Positions 16,416 to 23,684 of a DNA stretch of 32,000 nt are shown in pieces (position 1 is the stretch's first letter; each line of letters opens with the position of its first letter). The translations under genes and the position numbers were made by a program. The notes beneath the pieces are model-generated. The model made no database searches and was not told the origin of the DNA. It worked only from the letters and a program-made list of their open reading frames with translations. Origin of the DNA: Microcystis aeruginosa NIES-843 (lineage in GTDB: Bacteria > Cyanobacteriota > Cyanobacteriia > Cyanobacteriales > Microcystaceae). The DNA is taken from contig NC_010296.1 in NCBI RefSeq assembly GCF_000010625.1, positions 3,060,001-3,092,000 on the forward strand, in the 5' to 3' direction.

Positions 16416-18050
16416 ATGGTTAACCCGATTTTTTCCGATATATTTGACGGCAATCTCCTCGACAATAACACAACTAACGGTTTTGACTCCGATGATCTTA
16501 TCGTTCTTGATAACGGTAATGACACTTCTAACGGTGGTGCTGGCAATGATTTAATCTATGGTAATGGGGGCAAGGACACCCTAGTGGGAGGCGCGGGGAT
16601 AGATACCCTCAACGGCGGTGACGGTAATGATGTCATCACCTCCGATGGCGACGGGGGAACCTATCGGGGCAATGGAGGTAACGACACCCTCTTTTCGGGA
16701 CTTGGCCCCGAAACTATGGACGGTGGTGCCGGCACCGATACCATTGACCACACCGCCTGGGGTGGTAACTACGTGTTCAATATGGCCACCGGGTTAACCG
16801 ACTTTGGCAGTGAAAGCTATATCAACTTTGAAAACGCCAATATGGGTGCCGGTAACGACTCGGTAACGGGTAATGCCTCCGCCAACCTGATTAACGGCGG
16901 CGCTGGCAACGACATCCTCAATGGCGATGCTGGCAACGACACCCTAGTGGGAGGCGCGGGGATAGATACCCTCAACGGTGGTGACGGTAATGATGTCATC
17001 ACCTCCGATGGCGACGGCGGAACCTATCGGGGCGATGGGGGTAACGACACCCTCTTTTCGGGACTTGGCCCCGAAACTATGGACGGTGGTGACGGCACCG
17101 ATACCATTGACCACACCGCCTGGGGTGGTAACTACGTGTTCAATATGGCCACCGGGTTAACCGACTTTGGCAGTGAAAGCTATATCAACTTTGAAAACGC
17201 CAATATGGGTGCCGGTAACGACTCGGTAACGGGTAATGCCTCCGCCAACTTAATCAACGGCGGTGCTGGCAACGACACCCTAGTGGGAGGCGCGGGGATA
17301 GATACCCTCAACGGCGGTGACGGTAATGATGTCATCACCTCCGATGGCGACGGGGGAACCTATCGGGGCAATGGAGGTAACGACACCCTCTTTTCGGGAC
17401 TTGGCCCCGAAACTATGGACGGTGGTGCCGGCACCGATACCATTGACCACACCGCCTGGGGTGGTAACTACGTGTTCAATATGGCCACCGGGTTAACCGA
17501 CTTTGGCAGTGAAAGCTATATCAACTTTGAAAACGCCAATATGGGTGCCGGTAACGACTCGGTAACGGGTAATGCCTCCGCCAACTTAATCAACGGCGGT
17601 GCTGGCAACGACACCATCAATGGCGGTCTTGGCAACGACACCCTCGATGGTGGCTTTGGTGAGGATTCTCTCACTGGTGGTGCTGGAAACGATTTCTTCA
17701 GGCTCGACAACATAGCGAACCGTGATCTAATCGCCGGCTTCTCTGTACCCGCTGACAAGATCATTCTGGCGGACAGTCTTGACAGCATCTTGGTCATTTC
17801 TCCGGGGATCACGGGTCTGAGCTTTGTTGGTGGTAATGTGCCTGGAAATGTCCTTAGCGTTGGCTTGTTATTCAAGGGAGCCGGGTTCACCGGGGGAGCA
17901 TTGGGAAACCTCTCCGGCATCTACGTCAATACCATCAACGGCGACATCTGGTATAACAATTCCACCGCCGCCGGCAGTTACCTAATTGCCAATGTTGGGG
18001 CTGGTGCCGCAGCTGGCATGACTAATGCTAACTTCGTTTACGGGTTGTAA
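16416..18050 (+). CDS. RTX-type (hemolysin-type) calcium-binding repeat protein, likely T1SS substrate
   Basis: It has many GGxGxD nonapeptide repeats (GGAGNDLIYGNGGKDTLVGGAGIDTLNGGDGND...). There is no N-terminal signal-like segment. A non-repetitive C-terminal region of about 130 aa follows, and a strong terminator lies downstream. Confidence 0.85.
   Translation: MVNPIFSDIFDGNLLDNNTTNGFDSDDLIVLDNGNDTSNGGAGNDLIYGNGGKDTLVGGAGIDTLNGGDGNDVITSDGDGGTYRGNGGNDTLFSGLGPETMDGGAGTDTIDHTAWGGNYVFNMATGLTDFGSESYINFENANMGAGNDSVTGNASANLINGGAGNDILNGDAGNDTLVGGAGIDTLNGGDGNDVITSDGDGGTYRGDGGNDTLFSGLGPETMDGGDGTDTIDHTAWGGNYVFNMATGLTDFGSESYINFENANMGAGNDSVTGNASANLINGGAGNDTLVGGAGIDTLNGGDGNDVITSDGDGGTYRGNGGNDTLFSGLGPETMDGGAGTDTIDHTAWGGNYVFNMATGLTDFGSESYINFENANMGAGNDSVTGNASANLINGGAGNDTINGGLGNDTLDGGFGEDSLTGGAGNDFFRLDNIANRDLIAGFSVPADKIILADSLDSILVISPGITGLSFVGGNVPGNVLSVGLLFKGAGFTGGALGNLSGIYVNTINGDIWYNNSTAAGSYLIANVGAGAAAGMTNANFVYGL
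16575..17609 (+). repeat. three near-identical tandem units (363, 336 and 336 nt) inside the RTX CDS
   Basis: Units start at 16575, 16938 and 17274, each with gacaccctagtgggaggcgcggggatagat. Unit 1 carries an extra 27 nt (ILNGDAGND). Only a handful of substitutions separate the units. Confidence 0.95.
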
Positions 18051-18086
18051 GTCTCAGCTAGGCATCACAGTAGAACTATGCCATAT

Positions 18087-18111
18087 CCCCCGCTAACGGC
18101 GGGGGTTTTTT
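18087..18111 (+). terminator. rho-independent terminator of the RTX gene
   Basis: The stem cccccgc/gcggggg has the loop taacg and is followed by tttttt. Confidence 0.8.
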
Positions 18112-18199
18112 GTCGGACACCCATCATTCAGTCACTAAAAACCCCAACTTTAATAGCGATATTAATCCTTTCAAAAACAGCATTATTTTTGAGTATGTA

Positions 18200-18445
18200 T
18201 TAACCAGGGAACCAATCTTCATCAAGAATTTTCTCAATTGTCCAAGGACAGTCAACTGGTAAAGTTAATCAACTTTTGCGGCTCGCTTTTCCCAGTGCTT
18301 TTTGATAACAATAACCAAACCGTTCTAAGGCATGATTGTAGATTACCTGAGAGCGAAACAGCAAGCTTAATTCCAATCTGAAATTATCTATCTCGTCTTT
18401 CCAGTGGGGTAGGTAGTAAGGATGCTTCCAGTAGGCGTAAAATCT
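18200..18445 (-). pseudogene. DUF29 gene 3' fragment with an in-frame TGA, abutting the IS right end
   Basis: The minus strand reads RFYAYWKHPYYLPHWKDEIDNFRLEL...ASRKS, then TGA (18269-18271), then LTLPVDCPWTIEKILDEDWFPG and stop. This matches the C-terminal two thirds of the two intact DUF29 genes (YW...HW..EI.NFR...L.DNWFP). The N-terminal part is absent. Confidence 0.7.
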
Positions 18446-18466
18446 ACTCCTCGGCGTGAGATTAAT

Positions 18467-18620
18467 TTGACATCTCCCCGCTTTAAAAAGACGGGGATTC
18501 TAATCGGTGAATAGAAGCGGGTTGAAACCGCGCTTCTATTCGATTACGATATATTTTAGAAAGGCTATCCAATTTATATCGTTGTGGCACTGTCAAAGAT
18601 GCCCTACCCACCTTATCTAG
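18467..18620 (-). ncRNA. candidate omegaRNA scaffold of the second tnpB (guide would be about 18466 down to 18447)
   Basis: It lies at the tnpB 3' end and right end. It shares the GAATCCCC...GGGGAGnnTCAA architecture with the other two right ends in the window. The extent has not been verified. Confidence 0.4.
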
Positions 18621-19805
18621 AGAAACCCCTAGCTGTGTGGCTACTTTTTTAATGATATTGGCCGCACCGTTGCAATCAGCATTAATTAATTGACCACTAA
18701 AAGCTTTAAACAAACCTCTTTTAATTCTTTTACCTGATGACTGCCACCCTTCGGGTTTCTCACCGAATTTAGGTAGCGAATCACCATCTAAAAAAGAAGC
18801 CTTTGAGGTGTAGCTTTCCTCAGTCTCAACGAATTTAATCCCGTACTTTTCACACAATTGACAAATGCGATTTTTAAGCTTCGCTGTGGGAATACTAACA
18901 AATTCCTGATTAACTTTCTTTCCTAACTCAATCGAGTCTTTTTGTCGCTGATTCCCTCCAAAAACGACAGTATAAATGTCATTGCCGAGACACCAATTGA
19001 TAATAAAACGAGCAGCTTTATTGGTAGCGTCTCTCATCTGTCGGTTACGCCTTTCGGTTATTTTAGCTAATTCATCATCCCAGTAACCCGGCGGCTTACC
19101 AGTCTTAATTTGAGCAACTCGCTTGTTATACCATTGATTTTGAGACTTAGCCTTTTTTCCGTCAAAGATAAAAGACTTTCCCGTGTTAGAAACGCAGGTT
19201 AACCAGTTACCCAATCCGTGATCTATTCCTAGTACATTGTTATTAGGCTTAACTTTCTCTTGATCGGGTTGCTTATAAACACACTCAAGATAAAAACTAA
19301 GATTTCTAGGAACGATCCGAAACTCTTTAATGTCTTCAAACCTCAAATTAGACGGCATTGGCAGATAAAAACTATCAATCCCGAACCAAGCTTTTACCTG
19401 ATCCCCCAACGAAAACCTTAACCCTTTTTCGGTTAACTTCACATATCTTGCCGTATAGGTTACTACTGCCATCCCCCCTTTCTTTCGATATTTAGGTGGT
19501 CTAGGCTTATTAGGTAATTGCCCTTTATTCCAGAGACCTAAAAGCCCTTTATAGGAAGAAAAAGATTCAGCAACATCATGTAGCAATTGTTGAGCGCAAC
19601 ATGACCGCATGGCTCGAAAATGAGGGTTATTTTTCAACTGAGAATCAAGGTCATATTTACCGATATATCGCCCTGCCTTAAAAAGCATTTGCCGACAATA
19701 ATAAATACCACAATTAGCCAGCTTGTTAGCTTCTTCACAGACAAACTCTAAGACAGCCCTTATCTCGCTGTCTGTATGGATGAGAACTTCTTGAACTCCG
19801 TACAT
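18483..19805 (-). CDS. tnpB: IS200/IS605-family TnpB (variant without a CxxC zinc ribbon)
   Basis: RuvC-like residues are present: LGIDHGLGN (D), FVETEESYTSKAS (E) and INADCNGAANIIKK (D). AGGAGG lies 9 nt upstream of the ATG. No CxxC pairs occur between the E and D motifs. Confidence 0.85.
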   Translation of the reverse strand: MYGVQEVLIHTDSEIRAVLEFVCEEANKLANCGIYYCRQMLFKAGRYIGKYDLDSQLKNNPHFRAMRSCCAQQLLHDVAESFSSYKGLLGLWNKGQLPNKPRPPKYRKKGGMAVVTYTARYVKLTEKGLRFSLGDQVKAWFGIDSFYLPMPSNLRFEDIKEFRIVPRNLSFYLECVYKQPDQEKVKPNNNVLGIDHGLGNWLTCVSNTGKSFIFDGKKAKSQNQWYNKRVAQIKTGKPPGYWDDELAKITERRNRQMRDATNKAARFIINWCLGNDIYTVVFGGNQRQKDSIELGKKVNQEFVSIPTAKLKNRICQLCEKYGIKFVETEESYTSKASFLDGDSLPKFGEKPEGWQSSGKRIKRGLFKAFSGQLINADCNGAANIIKKVATQLGVSLDKVGRASLTVPQRYKLDSLSKIYRNRIEARFQPASIHRLESPSF

Positions 19806-19862
19806 CTTGACTTACCTCCTGTATAGAGGATATGTTGGAAATACACTATTTGTCAAGGGTAG

Positions 19863-20298
19863 ATGGAAGATTATAGAAGAAATCCTCATTCGGTAACACT
19901 ACTTAACTATCACTTTGTCTGGTGTCCAAAACGGAGAAAAGCGGTATTAAAAGGGGACATTAAGTTAAGAGCGCAGTCGATTATTTTTGACCTGTGCAAA
20001 GAAAATAACTGGAGGTTGGTCGCAACGCGCTCGCTACGCGAGAACGCGCTCGCTACGCGAGAACGCATTAGAAATAATGCCAGATCATATTCATTTATTT
20101 TTGGAATCAGACCCTAGTTATTCCCCGACCACAATAATTAAAAGAATCAAAGGGAGACTATCTCATCACTTAAGAAAAGAATTTCCAGAATTGTTAAAAC
20201 TACCCACTCTGTGGACTCCTAGCTATTTCTGCTCAACTGCTGGCAACGCTTCTACGGAAACTATTAAAAAATACATTGAGAATCAAACTAATAAATGA
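19863..20298 (+). pseudogene. tnpA: IS200/IS605 Y1 (HUH) transposase TnpA, frameshifted by a 43-nt insertion
   Basis: ORFs 19863..20117 and 19987..20298 are two halves of one gene: MEDYRRNPHSVTLLNYHFVWCPKRRK...NNWRLV, then the insert, then ALEIMPDHIHLFL (HUH)...TETIKKYIENQ. Deleting 20021-20063 gives a continuous NWRLVALEIMPDH. Confidence 0.85.
20021..20063 (+). repeat. 43-nt insertion made of a tandemly duplicated 19-nt hairpin-forming unit
   Basis: The sequence is cgcaa + (cgcgctcgctacgcgagaa) x2. Each unit contains ctcgc-tac-gcgag. The cgca at the insert start repeats in the flank after it (20064-20067), so the exact junction is ambiguous by 4 nt. Confidence 0.85.
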
Positions 20299-20432
20299 TA
20301 CAGGGGGATAAATCCCCTTGTTCGCTCGACTACCATCCGTTAAAACGGATGGCTAACCCTCGCTCACGATTTCTCTGGTTTAGTCGGATGGAAGCATCAA
20401 CACCATAATAGCCAGAAATCACTGTAATTTGA

Positions 20433-20517
20433 TGGGCGGAGTCGGACTCGAACCGACATGAGGGGCTGCCTCGCCACATTTTGAGTGTGGTGCGTCTACC
20501 AATTTCGCCATTCGCCC
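20433..20517 (-). tRNA. tRNA-Leu (anticodon CAA), class II with long variable arm, CCA not encoded
   Basis: The hand-folded cloverleaf is GGGCGAA tg GCG aaattggtaga CGC a CCACA ctCAAaa TGTGG cgaggcagcccctcat GTCGG ttcgagt CCGAC TCCGCCC a. It is 85 nt with one A-C mismatch at acceptor pair 6:67. Confidence 0.85.
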
Positions 20518-21383
20518 TTGGCATTAGCTTTATCATTATAACCCATTTTTGGACTCTTTAACAAATTGTGATAATCGGGGGAACTGGCCCAACGATCGAT
20601 TTCTCGCGCACGCAGGACGGGGAGGGGATGGGTTAACTGTTGGGTTTGCAAACCCTTTAACATTTCGCCCATTTCCGAGGCGCTGACGGCATCGTAGGAC
20701 TTGGCCTGATCGATAAAAGCCTCTAAATTTAATAAAGGTGCGAGACTGGGGGAACCTCCGGCTAACTTCATTAACACCGACATGACGATTTTTGGGTCTT
20801 GAACTGCCAATAAAGCCGCTCGATCGCAGCTAAACTCGGCGCAGCGCACCCATGCTAACATTCTCTCCTGTAGGGATCGTGCTAACATTGTCCCCCAATT
20901 GGGCAGTAATCCCGCCGCTAGGACCATAATATTGGCTAAAGTCAGATAAACGCCGTGTTCACATTTGAGATGTCCTAATTCGTGGGCGATTACCGCTTGA
21001 ATTTCTGCGGGAGTCAGCATTTCAATTAGGGAAGTGTGCATCACCATAAACGGTTTTTTGCCGCGCATGGCGAAGGTATAGGCGTTAGGAACGGGGTTTT
21101 GTTGAATGTATAATTGAGGTGGTTCTAAGTCGAGAATTCGGCAAGCTTCTAGGAGTAGATTATGCAGGTCGGGTAATTGTTTTTCTCCCACCAAAACACT
21201 AGCAGCAATATTATTTAAGTAAAAGAATTCCTCAGCGACGGAACCTAATAAACTTCTCACGGCTATATCTAACCCAGGCAATTGTTTAAGGGAATTAGTT
21301 GCCTCTAGGTCGATGGGATGCCGAAAATCATTGGCTTTTAAGCCGAGTAATAACTGTTTTGATAATGCCATATTCTTATTCAT
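20496..21383 (-). CDS. M48-family zinc metallopeptidase
   Basis: The HExxH motif is in context (VIAHELGHLKCEH). The ORF is 295 aa. Its last 7 codons and stop overlap the 5' part of tRNA-Leu on the same strand. Confidence 0.8.
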   Translation of the reverse strand: MNKNMALSKQLLLGLKANDFRHPIDLEATNSLKQLPGLDIAVRSLLGSVAEEFFYLNNIAASVLVGEKQLPDLHNLLLEACRILDLEPPQLYIQQNPVPNAYTFAMRGKKPFMVMHTSLIEMLTPAEIQAVIAHELGHLKCEHGVYLTLANIMVLAAGLLPNWGTMLARSLQERMLAWVRCAEFSCDRAALLAVQDPKIVMSVLMKLAGGSPSLAPLLNLEAFIDQAKSYDAVSASEMGEMLKGLQTQQLTHPLPVLRAREIDRWASSPDYHNLLKSPKMGYNDKANAKGEWRNW

Positions 21384-21795
21384 TTAACCAAGCTTTGATG
21401 CGTTCTAAACTTTTCCAATCGGGTTTTCTAGCCAAACCATCGGCGATATTTTCATCCACTTCTTGGCGAACTTCTTTGTTTAAACTAACTAATTGTTGCA
21501 CCAGTTCGATATGTTCTCTGACTCCGGCGGTTTTGGTTTCTAACATAGCCAAAACCAAATTGATCCGGTTTTGCGGGGAAACTTTATCGAGTTTTACGGC
21601 TTTTTGGGCGGCTTTTAGGGCTAATTCCGGTTTATCGGTGAGCATATATAACCAAGCCAAACAAGACCAAACGGCGGCATTTTTCGGAGTGCGATCGCTT
21701 AATTGTTTAAATTCCGGCAATAAACTGGCGGCGCTTTCTCCCTGTTGGTAGCGTTCTAAACCTTGTTCGAGGGTAAAATTGGCGGTTTCTGTCAT
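21376..21795 (-). CDS. TPR-like repeat protein
   Basis: It has helical-repeat character (AAVWSCLAWLYMLTDKPELALKAAQKAVKLD). Its stop overlaps the M48 start by 8 nt (ATGAATAA), which suggests translational coupling. Confidence 0.65.
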   Translation of the reverse strand: MTETANFTLEQGLERYQQGESAASLLPEFKQLSDRTPKNAAVWSCLAWLYMLTDKPELALKAAQKAVKLDKVSPQNRINLVLAMLETKTAGVREHIELVQQLVSLNKEVRQEVDENIADGLARKPDWKSLERIKAWLNE

Positions 21796-21914
21796 TTTCA
21801 GCTAGGGGGTTAATCAAGGAGCAAATTTAACGGTTATCGCTGTATTACACGGGGTTAATACAATTCACCTTTATCTAGTATTCTAGCAAAATTTGTCCCC
21901 TTGTCAGCAAAATT

Positions 21915-22652
21915 TTAAAAGACGATGCCGCGTTCTCGCCAGATCATCAATAGGCCACTCATCGAAACGAATAACATCACTGCTTGTTTAAATTGTTGGG
22001 GACTCATTTTTTCTAAAACTTTTTGTCCTAACCAATTGCCCGGCCAGGCCGCTAATCCTAATAATAAACCGTAACCGAGAAAGGGCAGATGTAAAACTCC
22101 AAAGGCTGCGTAGGCGATTAATTTGGCCACATGAACTACTACCATGTGAACGGATTTCGTTGCCACCATTGGTTCTTTAACTAGCCCATAGTTGATATAA
22201 AACAGGTTCATCATCGGGCCGGTACTACCGACTAATCCTGAGAGGAAAGCGTAGATAAATCCCGAGGGCATAAAATACCAAGTTTTAATCTCAAAAAAAG
22301 GATTTTCTTCTTGGGGAAATAATTGTTTAAGCGAGGAGAAAACCAGAAAAATTCCCAAAACTAGCGGCAACCATTTGAATTGTAAATGGGCAAAGACAAA
22401 AGCGCCGAGGGTAGATCCCATAATTGCCCCGGGTAAATACCACACCGTCGAGGGCCAGTCAATGGCGCGCCAATACATTCCCATGCGTTGGACGTTACCG
22501 AGTAGCATCCCCGTGGTTAAAACCGGAGGAATGACGGCAGCATCGAGAAACCAACCTAAAACGGGGAGTAGAATCAGGGGGCTGCCCCCACCAGCAAGGG
22601 TGCTAAAAAACCAAGCTAGACTACCTGCCAACATCAAGGTAACAATGATCAT
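21915..22652 (-). CDS. sulfite exporter TauE/SafE-family membrane protein
   Basis: This 245-aa polytopic membrane protein starts FFSTLAGGGSPLILLPVLGWFL and shows the two-halves architecture typical of TauE/SafE. Confidence 0.75.
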   Translation of the reverse strand: MIIVTLMLAGSLAWFFSTLAGGGSPLILLPVLGWFLDAAVIPPVLTTGMLLGNVQRMGMYWRAIDWPSTVWYLPGAIMGSTLGAFVFAHLQFKWLPLVLGIFLVFSSLKQLFPQEENPFFEIKTWYFMPSGFIYAFLSGLVGSTGPMMNLFYINYGLVKEPMVATKSVHMVVVHVAKLIAYAAFGVLHLPFLGYGLLLGLAAWPGNWLGQKVLEKMSPQQFKQAVMLFVSMSGLLMIWRERGIVF

Positions 22653-22683
22653 CGAATTGTCAAGTTAAGTTAAAAAGAGTTAC

Positions 22684-23451
22684 TTAATCTATTATGATAT
22701 CTTCTTTGGGATCTTCATCGGTATAATGCCATTCCACATTGGGCATAGCCTCGAAAGCTTGCCGGACGTAATCTTCCCAGAGTTTCCGCATTTTGGCTAG
22801 GTAGGGGTCTCCTAGGCGCAATTGTAACTTATGACGTAGGCTTAGGCTATTAGCTTCATACATACTCAAATAGATAGGCGGTCCGACAGAAATATTCGAT
22901 TTCATGGTCGAATCGATGGAAAGTAAGGCACATTTAGCCATTTCCTCTAGGGGTGTATCATAGGTAATAGTGCGATCGAGAATCGGTTTACCGTATTTAG
23001 TTTCACCTATCTGTAAAAAGGGCGTTTCTTTGGTGGCTTGAATATGATTTCCCTGGGGATAAATCAGGAATAATTGCGGCTCTTCTCCTTTAATTTGTCC
23101 CCCAAGAATAAACTTACATTTAAAATCAATATTATCTTTTTCTAGCCAAGTTCTTTCCCTAGCTTGTACTTGACGACTTTTATCACCGATATAGTGGGCG
23201 ATATCGTAGAGATGAGTCAGAGAATGGAGATTTTTATCCTCTTGATTGTGCAGATCTCTTTTTAGTTCGTGAATCACTCCTTGGCTAATCGATAAATTCC
23301 CCGATGTACAGACCATAATTACTCTTTCTCCCGATACCGAAAAGTCAAATAATTTCCGATAGGCCGAGATATAATCGACTCCCGCATTCGTGCGAGAATC
23401 CGCCCCCATAACAATGCCAAAACGATTGATAATTCCTAAACAGTAAGTCAT
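22684..23451 (-). CDS. Anbu-type proteasome-like peptidase (COG3484, Ntn hydrolase)
   Basis: The N-terminus is MTYCLGIINRFGIVMGADSRTNAGVDYISAYRKLF. Thr2 following the initiator Met, and the DSRTNAG motif, are characteristic of Anbu/proteasome beta-like proteins. The 255-aa length fits. Confidence 0.75.
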   Translation of the reverse strand: MTYCLGIINRFGIVMGADSRTNAGVDYISAYRKLFDFSVSGERVIMVCTSGNLSISQGVIHELKRDLHNQEDKNLHSLTHLYDIAHYIGDKSRQVQARERTWLEKDNIDFKCKFILGGQIKGEEPQLFLIYPQGNHIQATKETPFLQIGETKYGKPILDRTITYDTPLEEMAKCALLSIDSTMKSNISVGPPIYLSMYEANSLSLRHKLQLRLGDPYLAKMRKLWEDYVRQAFEAMPNVEWHYTDEDPKEDIIID

Positions 23452-23684
23452 TTTCAGTAATCAGTAAACAGTAATCAGTGAACAGTAATCAGTGAACAGT
23501 AATCAGTGAACAGTAATCAGTAAACAGTAAACAGTAAACAGTAATTAGTGAAGAGTGAAGAGTGAAGACTGAGCGGTGAATAATATCATTTAAAGCTTAA
23601 AACTTAAAACTTTAATCTGATAACTAATCACTGATAACTAATCACTGATGACTGATAACTGATAACTGATAACTGATAACTGAA
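23452..23684. repeat. 233-nt intergenic block made entirely of STRR heptamers arranged as two inverted arms
   Basis: The left arm runs about 23455-23575 (cagtaat/cagtgaa/cagtaaa, then agtgaag x3). The right arm runs 23617-23683 (ctgataa/ctaatca/ctgatga, then ctgataa x4). The block touches the fabG stop and the Anbu start codon. Confidence 0.9.

Larger units (their letters stand above)
18467..20375 (-). mobile_element. IS605-type element with divergent tnpA and tnpB; left boundary approximate
   Basis: The right end on the minus strand reads gaatccccgtctttttaaagcggggagatgTCAA, ending at 18467. The tnpA-side end carries hairpins at 20304-20317 and 20333-20352 (ccatccgt taaa acggatgg). The divergent gene arrangement matches IS605. 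Confidence 0.65.

Noticed and set aside
16817-17920. Antisense and shifted ORFs within the RTX gene (16817..17002, 16978..17160, 17516..17920)
   Set aside because: They are by-products of the G+C-rich repetitive sequence. The + frame GGxGxD protein is unambiguous.
19863-20298. Reading the two tnpA ORFs as a programmed frameshift or as two separate genes
   Set aside because: The frame change coincides exactly with a 43-nt foreign insert. Removing it restores a canonical contiguous TnpA sequence, and there is no slippery heptamer at the junction.
20330-20536. 68-aa ORF on the minus strand
   Set aside because: It is entirely explained by tRNA-Leu and the IS-flanking sequence, and it has no coding features.
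21299-22668. Plus-strand ORFs 21299..21751 and 22375..22668
   Set aside because: They are antisense to the TPR/M48 and TauE genes, which have clear motifs and membrane topology. There is no supporting signal.
23452-23684. Possible CRISPR array (also considered for 10528-10791 and 7018-7392)
   Set aside because: The period is 6-7 nt with no repeat-spacer organisation of 25-40 nt units and no cas genes. These are STRR or microsatellite repeats.
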